Origin: an uncultured virus (IMG/VR IMGVR_UViG_3300042554_001444)
Lineage: Duplodnaviria; Heunggongvirae; Uroviricota; Caudoviricetes
Direction: 5' to 3' (one strand)
DNA: 64,000 nucleotides
IMG/VR virus record: IMGVR_UViG_3300042554_001444
Position numbers and translations under genes: made by a program. The notes under the pieces are model-generated. The model was not told the DNA's origin, did not search any database, and saw nothing but the letters and a program-made list of their open reading frames with translations. Of the stretch, positions 26,327 through 35,707 are shown in pieces (positions within the stretch are counted from its first letter, which is position 1; the number at the start of each line of letters is the position of its first letter).

Positions 26327-27756
26327 ACATTTTCCAACGTCTTCAGGCAGCTACCCGGTTCGTTGTCGCCCCGAAAGCACGATATGAAGGGGCTCGGCAT
26401 TCCACCCACCGGTCAACGCTTCATGGTTCGGTCCAATCGGCTTCGTTCGACATCGACCCCTACACCCGCTACGAGTTGGTCCGTCGGTCCCGGTACTTCG
26501 AGCGCAACAATGCGTTCGTGAACCGGATCGCTGACCTTTTCGAGCAATACACCGTTGGACAGGGGCTCGCGTTTTTCCCATCGTCGTCCAGCCCAACATG
26601 GAACGCGGCCGCGCTGAATTACTGGCGGGACTGGCAACGGTTTGCTGACTTGTCGTCCCGGCTGTCGTTTGGATCTCTCCAGGGCATCATCGCCCGGGCG
26701 CTTTTCGTCGATGGCGAGATGTTTGTCATTCTCACCCGAGGTGAGACCGGCAAACCGCGCATTCAGTTGGTGGAATCGCACCGAGTAGAAACCCCACCTA
26801 TCCAAGCCGCCCGAAAAATCATCGACGGCATCGAGGTTGACGACCGCGGCCGGCCGGTTGCCTATTGGATCACCAACGAAGACGACCAACGTAAGAAGAC
26901 TTTTCAACGGGTGGAAGCCGAGTTTGTCGTCCATGTCTTCGAGCCTGGGCGCCCGGGGCAGTATCGGGGCCTGCCGGCGCTCTACCCGGTGATGAATGAT
27001 CTTCACGACCTCGACGACCTCCAAATCTTCGAGATGCAAGCCGCCAAGGCCGCTTCGAAGGTCCAAAACGTCATCAAGACCAAAGAGGGCGAGGTCACCG
27101 ACGACGACATCATCCGCGGGACCGTCACCGGATCCGACGGGACAGAGCGGGCCGACTACTACAAGGACGTTTTCGGTGGAGAGATCGCCGTTCTCAAGCA
27201 CGGGGACGAGTTCAACCAGTTTCAGGTTGAGCGCCCGTCCGCGGCCACCTCGGGCTATTGGGACTACCTGACCGCCAAGGTCTGCGCAGGGATCGGGGTG
27301 CCCAAGGAAATCGTCTTGCCCACGTCGATGCAGGGGACTTCGATGCGGTCGGTTCTCGACATCGCCAACGCCTTTTTCCGGTCCCGGTCGGCCGTCATTG
27401 CTGACCACCTTCGCCGGGTCTATGAGTACGTCATTGAGACCGGCATCCGCACCGACCCCGCGCTCAGTGGTCGTCCAGATGACTGGTACAGGTCCACCTT
27501 CCGCGCTCCGAGATCCATCAACGTGGACGTGGGACGCAACTCCGCCGCCGCGGTTGCTGAGTTCAAAACCGGCATGAGGACGCTTCAAAGCATCTACGCA
27601 GAGACCGGTGAAGATTGGCGCGAACAGTTGCGGCAAAAAGCGGCCGAAATCGCCTACGCGCAGGAGCTTGCAACCGAGTTCAATCTGGAGCGGGCCGAAA
27701 TCATGACCCTCGACCCGAATGAGTTGTCATCCCTGAACCAAGTTCCAGCACCATGA
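26323..27756 (+). CDS. Portal protein, lambda family
   Basis: RSRYFERNN, DGE, GIEVDDRGRPVAY, HVF..RPGQYRGLP and GEDW motifs. Confidence 0.95.
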   Translation: MNIFQRLQAATRFVVAPKARYEGARHSTHRSTLHGSVQSASFDIDPYTRYELVRRSRYFERNNAFVNRIADLFEQYTVGQGLAFFPSSSSPTWNAAALNYWRDWQRFADLSSRLSFGSLQGIIARALFVDGEMFVILTRGETGKPRIQLVESHRVETPPIQAARKIIDGIEVDDRGRPVAYWITNEDDQRKKTFQRVEAEFVVHVFEPGRPGQYRGLPALYPVMNDLHDLDDLQIFEMQAAKAASKVQNVIKTKEGEVTDDDIIRGTVTGSDGTERADYYKDVFGGEIAVLKHGDEFNQFQVERPSAATSGYWDYLTAKVCAGIGVPKEIVLPTSMQGTSMRSVLDIANAFFRSRSAVIADHLRRVYEYVIETGIRTDPALSGRPDDWYRSTFRAPRSINVDVGRNSAAAVAEFKTGMRTLQSIYAETGEDWREQLRQKAAEIAYAQELATEFNLERAEIMTLDPNELSSLNQVPAP

Positions 27757-28109
27757 TCGAGCCGATCACAAAATCTTTTCGAGTCCGCCGTGGAGACGAT
27801 TGGGAAGGTGAGACTTTCCGGCTGATTTCTCCGGACGGGGCTTCATTTTGGGCAAATACTGTCGTTCGGTCACAAATTCGGACCACCCACGAATCGCCGA
27901 CCGTTGCTCACGAGTTCACTTTGACCCCAGTTGTCACAACCGAAGGGGCAAATGGGGTGCTGACCTTGACTCTGACCATGTCGGGGACCCAATCGGCTCT
28001 TTTAACGCCGGGGAACTACGTCGGGGACATCGAGGTCAAATCAGACGGGTTTCGGAAATCGAGCTTTTGCAATTTTCAATTCGCGGTTTTCGCCGACGTA
28101 ACAAGGTGA
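27753..28109 (+). CDS. BppU-like N-terminal/anchor-domain protein
   Basis: RGDDW...GVLTLTL...YVGDIEV...F.V.ADVTR. Confidence 0.6.
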   Translation: MIEPITKSFRVRRGDDWEGETFRLISPDGASFWANTVVRSQIRTTHESPTVAHEFTLTPVVTTEGANGVLTLTLTMSGTQSALLTPGNYVGDIEVKSDGFRKSSFCNFQFAVFADVTR

Positions 28110-28112
28110 TCC

Positions 28113-29141
28113 ATGTCTGACATCACCATCGAGGTCATTTCTCCGCCCGTCACCAACGTGACGATCCAGTCCGCCCCAGGAACAGCGGGGACGACGGTTG
28201 CGTGGGACAATGTTACCGGCAAACCGCTCACGTTTGCGCCCTCGGCTCACACGCATCTCATTTCAGAGGTCACCGGGCTCCAAACCGCGTTGGATGGTAA
28301 GCAACCAACCGGGGCCTACGCTTCGACGGTTCACGGACACGCGATCTCCGACGTTTCAGGGCTTCAGACTGCGCTGGACAACAAGTCGGCCGTTGGACAT
28401 GGGCATTCAATCGGTGACGTGTCGGGACTTCAGGCAGCGTTGGACGGAAAAGCCGCATCGAGCCACTCGCACAGCATCGGCAACGTCACCGGCCTTCAAA
28501 CGGCGCTTGACTCGAAGGCCAGCACCACCCATGCGGCTGCCCACGTCACCGGAGGGGCCGACAAGATCCGAGACGCATCGGCTTCTCAGGACGGGCTGAT
28601 GACCGCCGCTCAGGCGTCCAAACTCGACGGGATCCAAGCGGGCGCAGAAATCAACGTCAACGCGGATTGGAATGCCGCCACCGGTGACGCCGAAATCCTC
28701 AACAAGCCGGCTACCTTTCCGCCGTCCGCTCATGGCCACGCGATTGCCGATGTCTCAGGGCTTCAGACAGCCATTGATGGAAAAGCAGCTACAAGTCACA
28801 CCCACGGCATCCCGGATGTCACTGGGCTCCAGACTGCGCTGGACGGAAAACAAGCGGCTGGATCGTATGCTTCGACGGTTCACAGCCACGCAATCAGTGA
28901 TGTCTCAGGGTTGCAAACCGCCCTCGACGGCAAGGCCGCAAGCGCCCATTCCCACGGCATCGCGGACGTGACCGGTCTCCAGACCGCTCTGGATGGCAAG
29001 GCGTCAACGTCGCACAGCCACGCGATTTCTGATGTCACCGGTCTGCAGACCGCTTTGGACAACAAGCAGAAAACAATCACGTCCGGCACCGCCGCACCGA
29101 GCGGAGGAAGCGACGGGGACATCTACCTTCAACATACCTGA
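28113..29141 (+). CDS. Fibre protein with HxH...GLQTALDGK repeats
   Basis: 9 copies of HxHxIxDVxGLQTALDxK; C-terminal GTAAPSGGSDGDIYLQ. Confidence 0.85.
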   Translation: MSDITIEVISPPVTNVTIQSAPGTAGTTVAWDNVTGKPLTFAPSAHTHLISEVTGLQTALDGKQPTGAYASTVHGHAISDVSGLQTALDNKSAVGHGHSIGDVSGLQAALDGKAASSHSHSIGNVTGLQTALDSKASTTHAAAHVTGGADKIRDASASQDGLMTAAQASKLDGIQAGAEINVNADWNAATGDAEILNKPATFPPSAHGHAIADVSGLQTAIDGKAATSHTHGIPDVTGLQTALDGKQAAGSYASTVHSHAISDVSGLQTALDGKAASAHSHGIADVTGLQTALDGKASTSHSHAISDVTGLQTALDNKQKTITSGTAAPSGGSDGDIYLQHT

Positions 29142-29144
29142 TTT

Positions 29145-29606
29145 ATGTCCGACAACGTAGGCTACACGCCGGGATCCGGGGAGCTAGTCGCAACCCGAGA
29201 GACCCAATACAGCGGTCAGACCGCTCAAGTCCAAGTGGTCGGACTTGCCACTTTTTCGGGTCTCGACGATGCCAAGCAAGCAACGGACATTTCCGAAGAG
29301 AATCCGATGCCGGTGGCAGTTTACGGCGAATTGATTGAGGCAATTGAAGCGCTCAGAATGGCGGTCCAGGCGCTGACTCGAAGCGGACTCGGGCAATCAA
29401 TGCCAGACACAGCCGGGCGTCTTCGGGTGCTGGTCGAACAACCGACAGCGGGCAACTTGCTCGGGACCTTTAGTATCGCCAGCGGACAGACCCTCTCGAC
29501 TCTTACCAACCTCGTGCAAATGGGCGGACTTCCGGCAACGGAGCAAATCCCGTCCATGATGCGCCTTGGGGCAGACGCTTCACGCAACAACATCGACGTA
29601 ACCTAA
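29145..29606 (+). CDS. Hypothetical virion-associated protein
   Basis: DNVGYTPGSG...ENPMPV; in fibre cluster. Confidence 0.65.
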   Translation: MSDNVGYTPGSGELVATRETQYSGQTAQVQVVGLATFSGLDDAKQATDISEENPMPVAVYGELIEAIEALRMAVQALTRSGLGQSMPDTAGRLRVLVEQPTAGNLLGTFSIASGQTLSTLTNLVQMGGLPATEQIPSMMRLGADASRNNIDVT

Positions 29607-29618
29607 CCAACTTTTTGC

Positions 29619-31058
29619 ATGCCTACGACCAACGGAAATCGAAAGATCCTCGACATTAAGCGTTGGGAGTTTCTGACTCCTTCGCCGAACTCCACCGCTG
29701 CTGCCACGTTCATCGTTTCGTCCCGGCACCATCGACAGCAACAGCTTCACGTTCTCAGCAACACCGCCGCCAACCTTTACAACCCGTCTGAGGACGGATG
29801 GATTGCTTTGCCGTCTCCTGCCCTTGCCGGAACTTTTGGCGCTGGCGCTTGCGGGGTGGCTGGATCGTTTTCCACTGGCACCACGGTGGGTGCGTCCAGC
29901 CTGACGGCCACGGCTGGCAACACGACCAGCATCACCACCAACCAAAACCTCCAGCGCGAATTGCGCGGGTACTTGGTTTATTTTGTTGGGGGAACCAACG
30001 CCGGCCGGACCAAAACGATTGCGTCCAACACGATTGGCGCAAATTCGGTCATCACGTTTTCAGGAGCCGCCGAGGCCGTGGCTTTCGACGCAACCAGTCA
30101 ATATCGCATCAAAGCGCCGGTCTTTTACGTTCTCGGCGCTGGTACTTTGGCGGCAGGTTCGTTCCGAAAATACGATTTTGGAACCAACACTTGGACGACG
30201 CTGGCAATCACCGGTTTGCCCGCCAGCATCGGCACCGATGGCCGACTGGTTTCGACTCCGGCTTGGATCGACAGCGGGTTCAAGAGCTTTGCCACCGGAA
30301 CAGCCACGGCAGGCGCAGCAACCACACTGACCAACAGCGCCAAAACGTGGACCACAAACCAATGGGCGAACAGTCAGGTCCGAATTACGGGTGGCACTGG
30401 TCAAGGCCAGATCCGAACCGTGGCCAGCAACACCGGCACCGTCATCACTGTGTCGGCCGCTTGGACAATCAACCCGGACGCGACTTCGACCTATTCCATA
30501 GAGGGCAACGACGACTTCATTTATTTCATCGGGAACAACGCGGTCACTATGTACCGCTACAGCATCGTCGGAAACACTTGGACGACTTTGAGTCCGGGTG
30601 TGGCTCGTGGCGGCGCTCCTGGAACCGGTATGGGCGGATCATGGATTCACAGCGTTTCCGCCGCTGACTGGAACAACGAAAGCCTGATCCAAAACGGCCG
30701 CTACATCTACAGTTTCCGTGGTGCTGGCGGTGCTTTGCTCGACCGCTACGACATTGCGCTCAACACTTGGGCGGCAATCTCCTATTCACCGGCCGTTGAA
30801 ACCTTCACGACCGGGACCAAGTACGTTTATTCCAAGGATCGGCTGTATTTGACCAAGGAAGCCACCGGTCGGTGGTTTGCTTTCGATCTTGCGGAAAACG
30901 CAATGCAACCGTGGGGTGCAACTACTTACACCCAAGGTGCTGCCGTGCTTGGGGACACAGCGTTTGACGTCACCTACAAGGACGGCGCGACGGAAATCGA
31001 CTACATCTATTTCCTCCTCAACACCTCGACCGTTTTGCTTCGGCAGATGGTGATTTAA
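29619..31058 (+). CDS. Kelch/beta-propeller-like protein with two inserted beta domains
   Basis: Repeated Y(D/S)x(2-3)NTW blades; duplicated TATAG...GGT..G..TIASNT...DATS.Y.I domain. Confidence 0.75.
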   Translation: MPTTNGNRKILDIKRWEFLTPSPNSTAAATFIVSSRHHRQQQLHVLSNTAANLYNPSEDGWIALPSPALAGTFGAGACGVAGSFSTGTTVGASSLTATAGNTTSITTNQNLQRELRGYLVYFVGGTNAGRTKTIASNTIGANSVITFSGAAEAVAFDATSQYRIKAPVFYVLGAGTLAAGSFRKYDFGTNTWTTLAITGLPASIGTDGRLVSTPAWIDSGFKSFATGTATAGAATTLTNSAKTWTTNQWANSQVRITGGTGQGQIRTVASNTGTVITVSAAWTINPDATSTYSIEGNDDFIYFIGNNAVTMYRYSIVGNTWTTLSPGVARGGAPGTGMGGSWIHSVSAADWNNESLIQNGRYIYSFRGAGGALLDRYDIALNTWAAISYSPAVETFTTGTKYVYSKDRLYLTKEATGRWFAFDLAENAMQPWGATTYTQGAAVLGDTAFDVTYKDGATEIDYIYFLLNTSTVLLRQMVI

Positions 31059-31061
31059 CCC

Positions 31062-31223
31062 ATGAACATTCCAGAACTGAAGGCGATGCTTCAGCGTCGC
31101 ATTGTCTATCTCGGGCAGCTTCGCAATTCAGCCGTGGCGATTGGGGACGTTGCCCAAATCGACAAGATCGACGCTGATTTGGCCGAGACTCAGTCGACGC
31201 TCAACCAGCTTGAGACGCTCTAA
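31062..31223 (+). CDS. 53-aa coiled-coil protein
   Basis: Not in track; MNIPELKAMLQRRI...STLNQLETL. Confidence 0.65.
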   Translation: MNIPELKAMLQRRIVYLGQLRNSAVAIGDVAQIDKIDADLAETQSTLNQLETL

Positions 31224-31387
31224 TGCTCCTCACGTTGCTCAGACCGCAGGGAGCGCCACCCGCACCGGTTGTAACGGTGTGGTTGAAGGTCTCTGGAACA
31301 TGGAAGCAGACCACGCCGTTCATCAAGGTGGCCGGCACTTGGAAGCAGGCGACTCCGAAGACCAAGGTCTCCGGGGTGTGGCAATAA
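31223..31387 (+). CDS. 54-aa protein with three KV.G.W(K/Q) repeats
   Basis: Not in track; TAATG coupling; WLKVSGTWK/FIKVAGTWK/TKVSGVWQ. Confidence 0.7.
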   Translation: MLLTLLRPQGAPPAPVVTVWLKVSGTWKQTTPFIKVAGTWKQATPKTKVSGVWQ

Positions 31388-31457
31388 TCCATGGCGAGCG
31401 CAAAAGGTGAAGCTCGGGAAAACGCAGGAATGGAAACACCCAACGAAGGAGTCTGTC

Positions 31458-32516
31458 ATGGCTGAAATGAAAACGTGGTTTGAGATTCAGGCAAAGGCTT
31501 CCCCTGAGGAGGCCGACGTTTTCCTTTACGACGAGATCGGCGGGTGGGGCGTCAACGCCAAGTCCTTCATTGACGCCGTCCGGGCGACCGGTGCAAAGCG
31601 CATCAATCTCCGCATCAACTCGCCGGGCGGGTCGGTGTTCGACGGCATTGCAATCTACAATTTCCTGCGCGGTCTCGATGTCACCGTCCAGATTGACGGA
31701 CTGGCCGCGTCCATTTCTTCCATCATCGCGCTGGCCGGCAAGACGGTCCGCATCGCCGGCAACGGGTTCTTCATGATTCACAACCCGTGGGGCGGAGTTT
31801 TCGGTGAGGCCGATGAAATGCGCGAGGCCGCCAACTTGCTCGACAAAATCCGCGAAAGCCTCGTGGGCACCTACGCCAGCAAGACGGGCAAGGATTACGA
31901 CACCATCAAAAAGTGGATGGACTCCGAAACATGGTTCTCCGCGGCCGAAGCCAAGGAAGCCGGTTTCGTGGACGAAGTGACCGACGAAATCGCATTCGCC
32001 GCTTCCGCGTGGTCGTTCCAAAACGCGCCCGAAGCGATCAAATCCGGATCGCAGAAAAACATTTCCAAACCTCAACCCAAACCCATGAACAAATTGCTCC
32101 AGAGCCTTGCCGCTGCCGGGCTCATCTCTTCCGCTGACGTTGCCGAGGACACCGCCGTCACCGAGTTTGACATCAACTTCGCCAACTTCAAAAAGGCCAA
32201 GACCGATGCTCAGGCCGCGTTGGACGAAATCGCCAAGGCCAAGGTTGCCACCATCGTGGACGCCGCCATCGCTGACGGTCGCATCGCCGCCGCCGTCAAA
32301 GACGCATGGATCGCGCAGATTCATGCAGACGCCAAGGCCGCCGAGTTGCTCGCCGCCATTCAGGCCCCGAAGCCCGGATCCGATCCCGTTGGGTCTCCGG
32401 CCGGTGCTGGCGGCAAAACTTCCGCCGATCTTCGCGCTGAGTTCGACCGGATCACCGATCCCAAAGCGCGGACTGCTTTCTGGTCCCAACACAAGGCCCA
32501 GTTGCTGAAGAAGTAA
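31458..32516 (+). CDS. ClpP-like prohead protease fused to scaffold region
   Basis: INSPGGSVFDG, DGLAASISS, MIHNP, ETWFSA.EA...GF.D motifs. Confidence 0.95.
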   Translation: MAEMKTWFEIQAKASPEEADVFLYDEIGGWGVNAKSFIDAVRATGAKRINLRINSPGGSVFDGIAIYNFLRGLDVTVQIDGLAASISSIIALAGKTVRIAGNGFFMIHNPWGGVFGEADEMREAANLLDKIRESLVGTYASKTGKDYDTIKKWMDSETWFSAAEAKEAGFVDEVTDEIAFAASAWSFQNAPEAIKSGSQKNISKPQPKPMNKLLQSLAAAGLISSADVAEDTAVTEFDINFANFKKAKTDAQAALDEIAKAKVATIVDAAIADGRIAAAVKDAWIAQIHADAKAAELLAAIQAPKPGSDPVGSPAGAGGKTSADLRAEFDRITDPKARTAFWSQHKAQLLKK

Positions 32517-32540
32517 CCTCACCAACAACCCAAACACACC

Positions 32541-33437
32541 ATGCCCAATACCCTCGACTCCGGCCTGAATGGGACGCTCATCTCCCAAGCAGGCCTTGAC
32601 GCCTTCGTCGGAGCTTTCGCTCCCATGTCGGCATTCACCACCGACTTTGATCCGGCTCCGGCTTCGAAGTCCGAAACCATCCAGGTCCCCTACGTTCCGG
32701 CCGCCTCCGCTGCCACGGACTTCGTTGCCGCGACCGGCTACACCCGCCAGGACAGCACGCTGAACAAGCGCACCATCACCCTGAACAAGCACAAGTTTGT
32801 GTCTTGGTATCTGTCCGACGTGTCCATCGCCAAGAGCCCGTCCGTCACGCTGGAGCGCTTCGGAATGCAGAAGGGCTACCAGTTGGCCAAGGCCGTGTTT
32901 CAGGACGTGCTGTCCGCGGTCACCCTCGCCAACTTTGGAGCCGCTGCCCACACCGGCGTTGCCGCAAACTTCGACTACGCGGACATCGTGGACATCAAGG
33001 ACTCGTGTGACACCGCCGAGATGCCCGAGATGCCCCGGAGCCTCGTGCTGTCGTCGGGCCACTACAACGCGCTCCTAAAGGATTCGATCATCAAGGACGC
33101 GGGTGCCCTCGGTGCGACCGCCAACCAGACCGGCAGCCTCCCCAACCTGTCCGGCTTCATGACCTACCGGTCGTCCTTGATCCCGGGCAACGCGCAGAAC
33201 CTCGTTGGTTTTGCCGCGTACCCGTCCGCGTTGGTGACCGCGATGCGTTACCTCCAGCCCTCGGGCCGCAGTCAGGACGGCATCTACCGCCCCGTGGCCG
33301 ACGAATCCACCGGAATCACCCTCGGCTACCGCGAGTACTACGACAACGACAAGGGCGAGGTTGTCGCCGTGCTGGAGTGCTTCTACGGCTTTGCCTTGGG
33401 TGAAGCCGCTGCCCTCAAGCGCATCGTCTCGGCCTAA
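32541..33437 (+). CDS. Major capsid protein
   Basis: 298 aa directly after the protease; ITLNKHK, PRSLVLS, C-terminal YG pattern. Confidence 0.85.
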   Translation: MPNTLDSGLNGTLISQAGLDAFVGAFAPMSAFTTDFDPAPASKSETIQVPYVPAASAATDFVAATGYTRQDSTLNKRTITLNKHKFVSWYLSDVSIAKSPSVTLERFGMQKGYQLAKAVFQDVLSAVTLANFGAAAHTGVAANFDYADIVDIKDSCDTAEMPEMPRSLVLSSGHYNALLKDSIIKDAGALGATANQTGSLPNLSGFMTYRSSLIPGNAQNLVGFAAYPSALVTAMRYLQPSGRSQDGIYRPVADESTGITLGYREYYDNDKGEVVAVLECFYGFALGEAAALKRIVSA

Positions 33438-33442
33438 TCGCC

Positions 33443-33664
33443 ATGCGACTCGGCATTCTCATCGCTGACGGCAAGGTCGTCCTTGGACCCGCTCAGGCCT
33501 CAAAGGTCGAAGCTGAGTTCAAGGCGGCCGTGCTGTCGGGCGCAAACGGTGCGAGCGTCATCGAGCTTTGGTCCGAGGACCGAGGTCGAGAGAAGCGCCA
33601 CAAGTTCACGCAAGGGGCCGCGCCGGTCTCCGCAACTGTGGCTGACAAGCCGCGGAAGAAATAA
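33443..33664 (+). CDS. Small head-associated protein
   Basis: Position after MCP. Confidence 0.6.
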   Translation: MRLGILIADGKVVLGPAQASKVEAEFKAAVLSGANGASVIELWSEDRGREKRHKFTQGAAPVSATVADKPRKK

Positions 33665-33678
33665 CACCGAGCCAACCC

Positions 33679-33987
33679 ATGAACGCGGCCGACACGGCAC
33701 TTGCAACCGGATTCACCACCTTGCTGGCAACGGCAGGGGACACGGTGACTTTCCGGGGTGCTTCCGTGTCGGCCGTGGTCAACTGGGTGCCGTTCGACGA
33801 AAAGCCTTTTCCTGACAGCCCAGACTTCGACCGCGAAGCAACCTCCCGCGTCGAGTTCGTTGACGGGGCAGTCTCTCCGGCGCCCCGCGTTGGTGAGATT
33901 ATCACCCAGGGCACCAAATATCACCGCATCCAGTCGGTCCGGTTTAACGGTTTGGCGTGGCTCATGGACTGCGAGGTGACGACGTGA
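33679..33987 (+). CDS. Head-tail adaptor/closure (FII-like)
   Basis: GDTVTF...PRVGEII...YHRI; position. Confidence 0.65.
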   Translation: MNAADTALATGFTTLLATAGDTVTFRGASVSAVVNWVPFDEKPFPDSPDFDREATSRVEFVDGAVSPAPRVGEIITQGTKYHRIQSVRFNGLAWLMDCEVTT

Positions 33988-34691
33988 CTCTGACCTTCCA
34001 GACCAACCTCGACGAATTTAACGCCGCGTTGACTCGCTACGCCGCGTTGTCGAGCAAAGGAGCGGCCGAGGCCGTCGCCAAAAAGGGGGCCGACTTCGGG
34101 TTCCGGTTGTCCCGAAAATTGCTAACTCTCGCCCCGGACAAAGGGTCCGTCCGCGAGAACCGCCTAGCCGCGCTGGCTTCCGGTGGAGGCCTCAAGATCC
34201 GCGACAAGATCCGCCAGCGTGTCTACGCCAAGCTGGGAGTCTCTCAGACCCTCGCCGGTCGCAAGCTCCGCATGGGCGGCAAAAAGCTGACCGCATCCAA
34301 GCTGACCGGTGGCAAGCGCCTCAACCTTCAGGCTTTGCTGGTCCGCGCCGAACTCAACGCCCGTGAAAGCGGCCGTGGGTTCTCCGCGTTTTCCGCCCGG
34401 TACAAATCACTTTCCCAGCAACTGGCCGCTGACCGTTTTGGTGAGCAACGCCGAAAGATTATCGACCGATACAGCCGGTTCCTGTCCGAGGTCGGTTTCA
34501 AGCGGGATCGCGATTCATCTCACCTGACGTTCCGATGGGGCGGCAACGAGTCATCCGGCAAACTGGCCGCATCACTCCAGAAGCCGCGCCAACAGGCCGC
34601 CATCGCCGACGCGCTCAACGAAGCCCGCGCCGACATGATGGACTACATTATCCGGAAGCAAACACAAGCCGCCCAGACCATGGTAATCTGA
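33984..34691 (+). CDS. Neck/tail completion protein
   Basis: Basic protein in the neck gene position; GTG start overlapping upstream stop. Confidence 0.55.
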   Translation: MTLTFQTNLDEFNAALTRYAALSSKGAAEAVAKKGADFGFRLSRKLLTLAPDKGSVRENRLAALASGGGLKIRDKIRQRVYAKLGVSQTLAGRKLRMGGKKLTASKLTGGKRLNLQALLVRAELNARESGRGFSAFSARYKSLSQQLAADRFGEQRRKIIDRYSRFLSEVGFKRDRDSSHLTFRWGGNESSGKLAASLQKPRQQAAIADALNEARADMMDYIIRKQTQAAQTMVI

Positions 34692-34695
34692 CCCC

Positions 34696-35148
34696 ATGCT
34701 TTCTCTCGCCTCCATGCAGTCAACGGTAGCCGCGGCAATCACTGCCCACGTTTACTTTTCGACAGCCCCAAGCGTGGTCTGCATCGCTGACGACGGGCTC
34801 CAAGATTCTGCGATTGAAAACCAACTCCGCTCCAAAGGCTGCGTGGTTGTTGTGCCTCCGATCCTCCGGGCAATGCGCCGGGACATCGGTGGCGGCAAGC
34901 TTCTGCTGGATGCCGAGATCGTTGTTCGGGTGCTTATCAACCCGCACGTCAACGCATCGGTCGGAGGGGCCAATCGCAACATCTATTCAGCCGTTGCCGC
35001 CGCGACTCAGGCCGTTTTGTCGTGGACCCCTTCAACTGCCGGTGACCGCCGCTTTGAGACTGCTGACGACTTCCTCCAGATCGCAGTCAATGACACCGGG
35101 CTCCTCGGTTACCACATCCTTTTCACCAAACTTTCCACCCTGAACTGA
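34696..35148 (+). CDS. Tail terminator-like protein
   Basis: Immediately upstream of the tail tube gene. Confidence 0.55.
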   Translation: MLSLASMQSTVAAAITAHVYFSTAPSVVCIADDGLQDSAIENQLRSKGCVVVVPPILRAMRRDIGGGKLLLDAEIVVRVLINPHVNASVGGANRNIYSAVAAATQAVLSWTPSTAGDRRFETADDFLQIAVNDTGLLGYHILFTKLSTLN

Positions 35149-35161
35149 TCCCAACCCACCC

Positions 35162-35695
35162 ATGAACACCGCATCTGTAATCCTCGGCAATCACGGCTTT
35201 TTCTTCCGCGATGGCGCGAGCTTCACCGTCCCGTCTGCCGGCACTGCTGGCCGCACTTCCAAGCCCGGAGCCGCTGACACCGGATGGATTGACCTTGGCA
35301 TTTTGTCCGAGGTGACCATGCAGCACGAACGCGAGGAGCGCGACATCTTCGCCCCGACCCCGGGCGTGATGCGTCTCTACGACGTCATCGAGACCAAGCG
35401 CCAGTTGTCCGTCAACCTGACCGCCCAGGAGCTTAGCCCGCTGGCGTTTGAGTTGATCTTTGGCACCCTTGCCCTGACCTCGGCCTCGACCCAATACAAC
35501 CCGCTCGAAGGCGCGACCAAAAAGGGATGGCTCAAGGTGCAGCAATACAACCAGACCGACGCCATTGTCAACACGGTGGACCTCTACGTGCAGATCAAGG
35601 TCTCCGGTGAAATCACCTTTGGTGACAACGTGGTGACCGCTCAGTTCGAGGCCCGCGTTCTCCACTCGACGCTCAACACCGGCACCCTCGCCTAA
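35162..35695 (+). CDS. Major tail tube protein
   Basis: WIDLG.L, then beta-rich acidic sequence; position. Confidence 0.75.
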   Translation: MNTASVILGNHGFFFRDGASFTVPSAGTAGRTSKPGAADTGWIDLGILSEVTMQHEREERDIFAPTPGVMRLYDVIETKRQLSVNLTAQELSPLAFELIFGTLALTSASTQYNPLEGATKKGWLKVQQYNQTDAIVNTVDLYVQIKVSGEITFGDNVVTAQFEARVLHSTLNTGTLA

Positions 35696-35707
35696 TCGCA
35701 ACACGCC

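Noticed and set aside
31323..33062. Long antisense ORFs (also 26413-27636, 42665-43687, 47414-48472, 50295-51278, 62620-63531)
   Set aside because: Shadows of well-supported genes on the opposite strand in GC-rich DNA; no recognisable motifs
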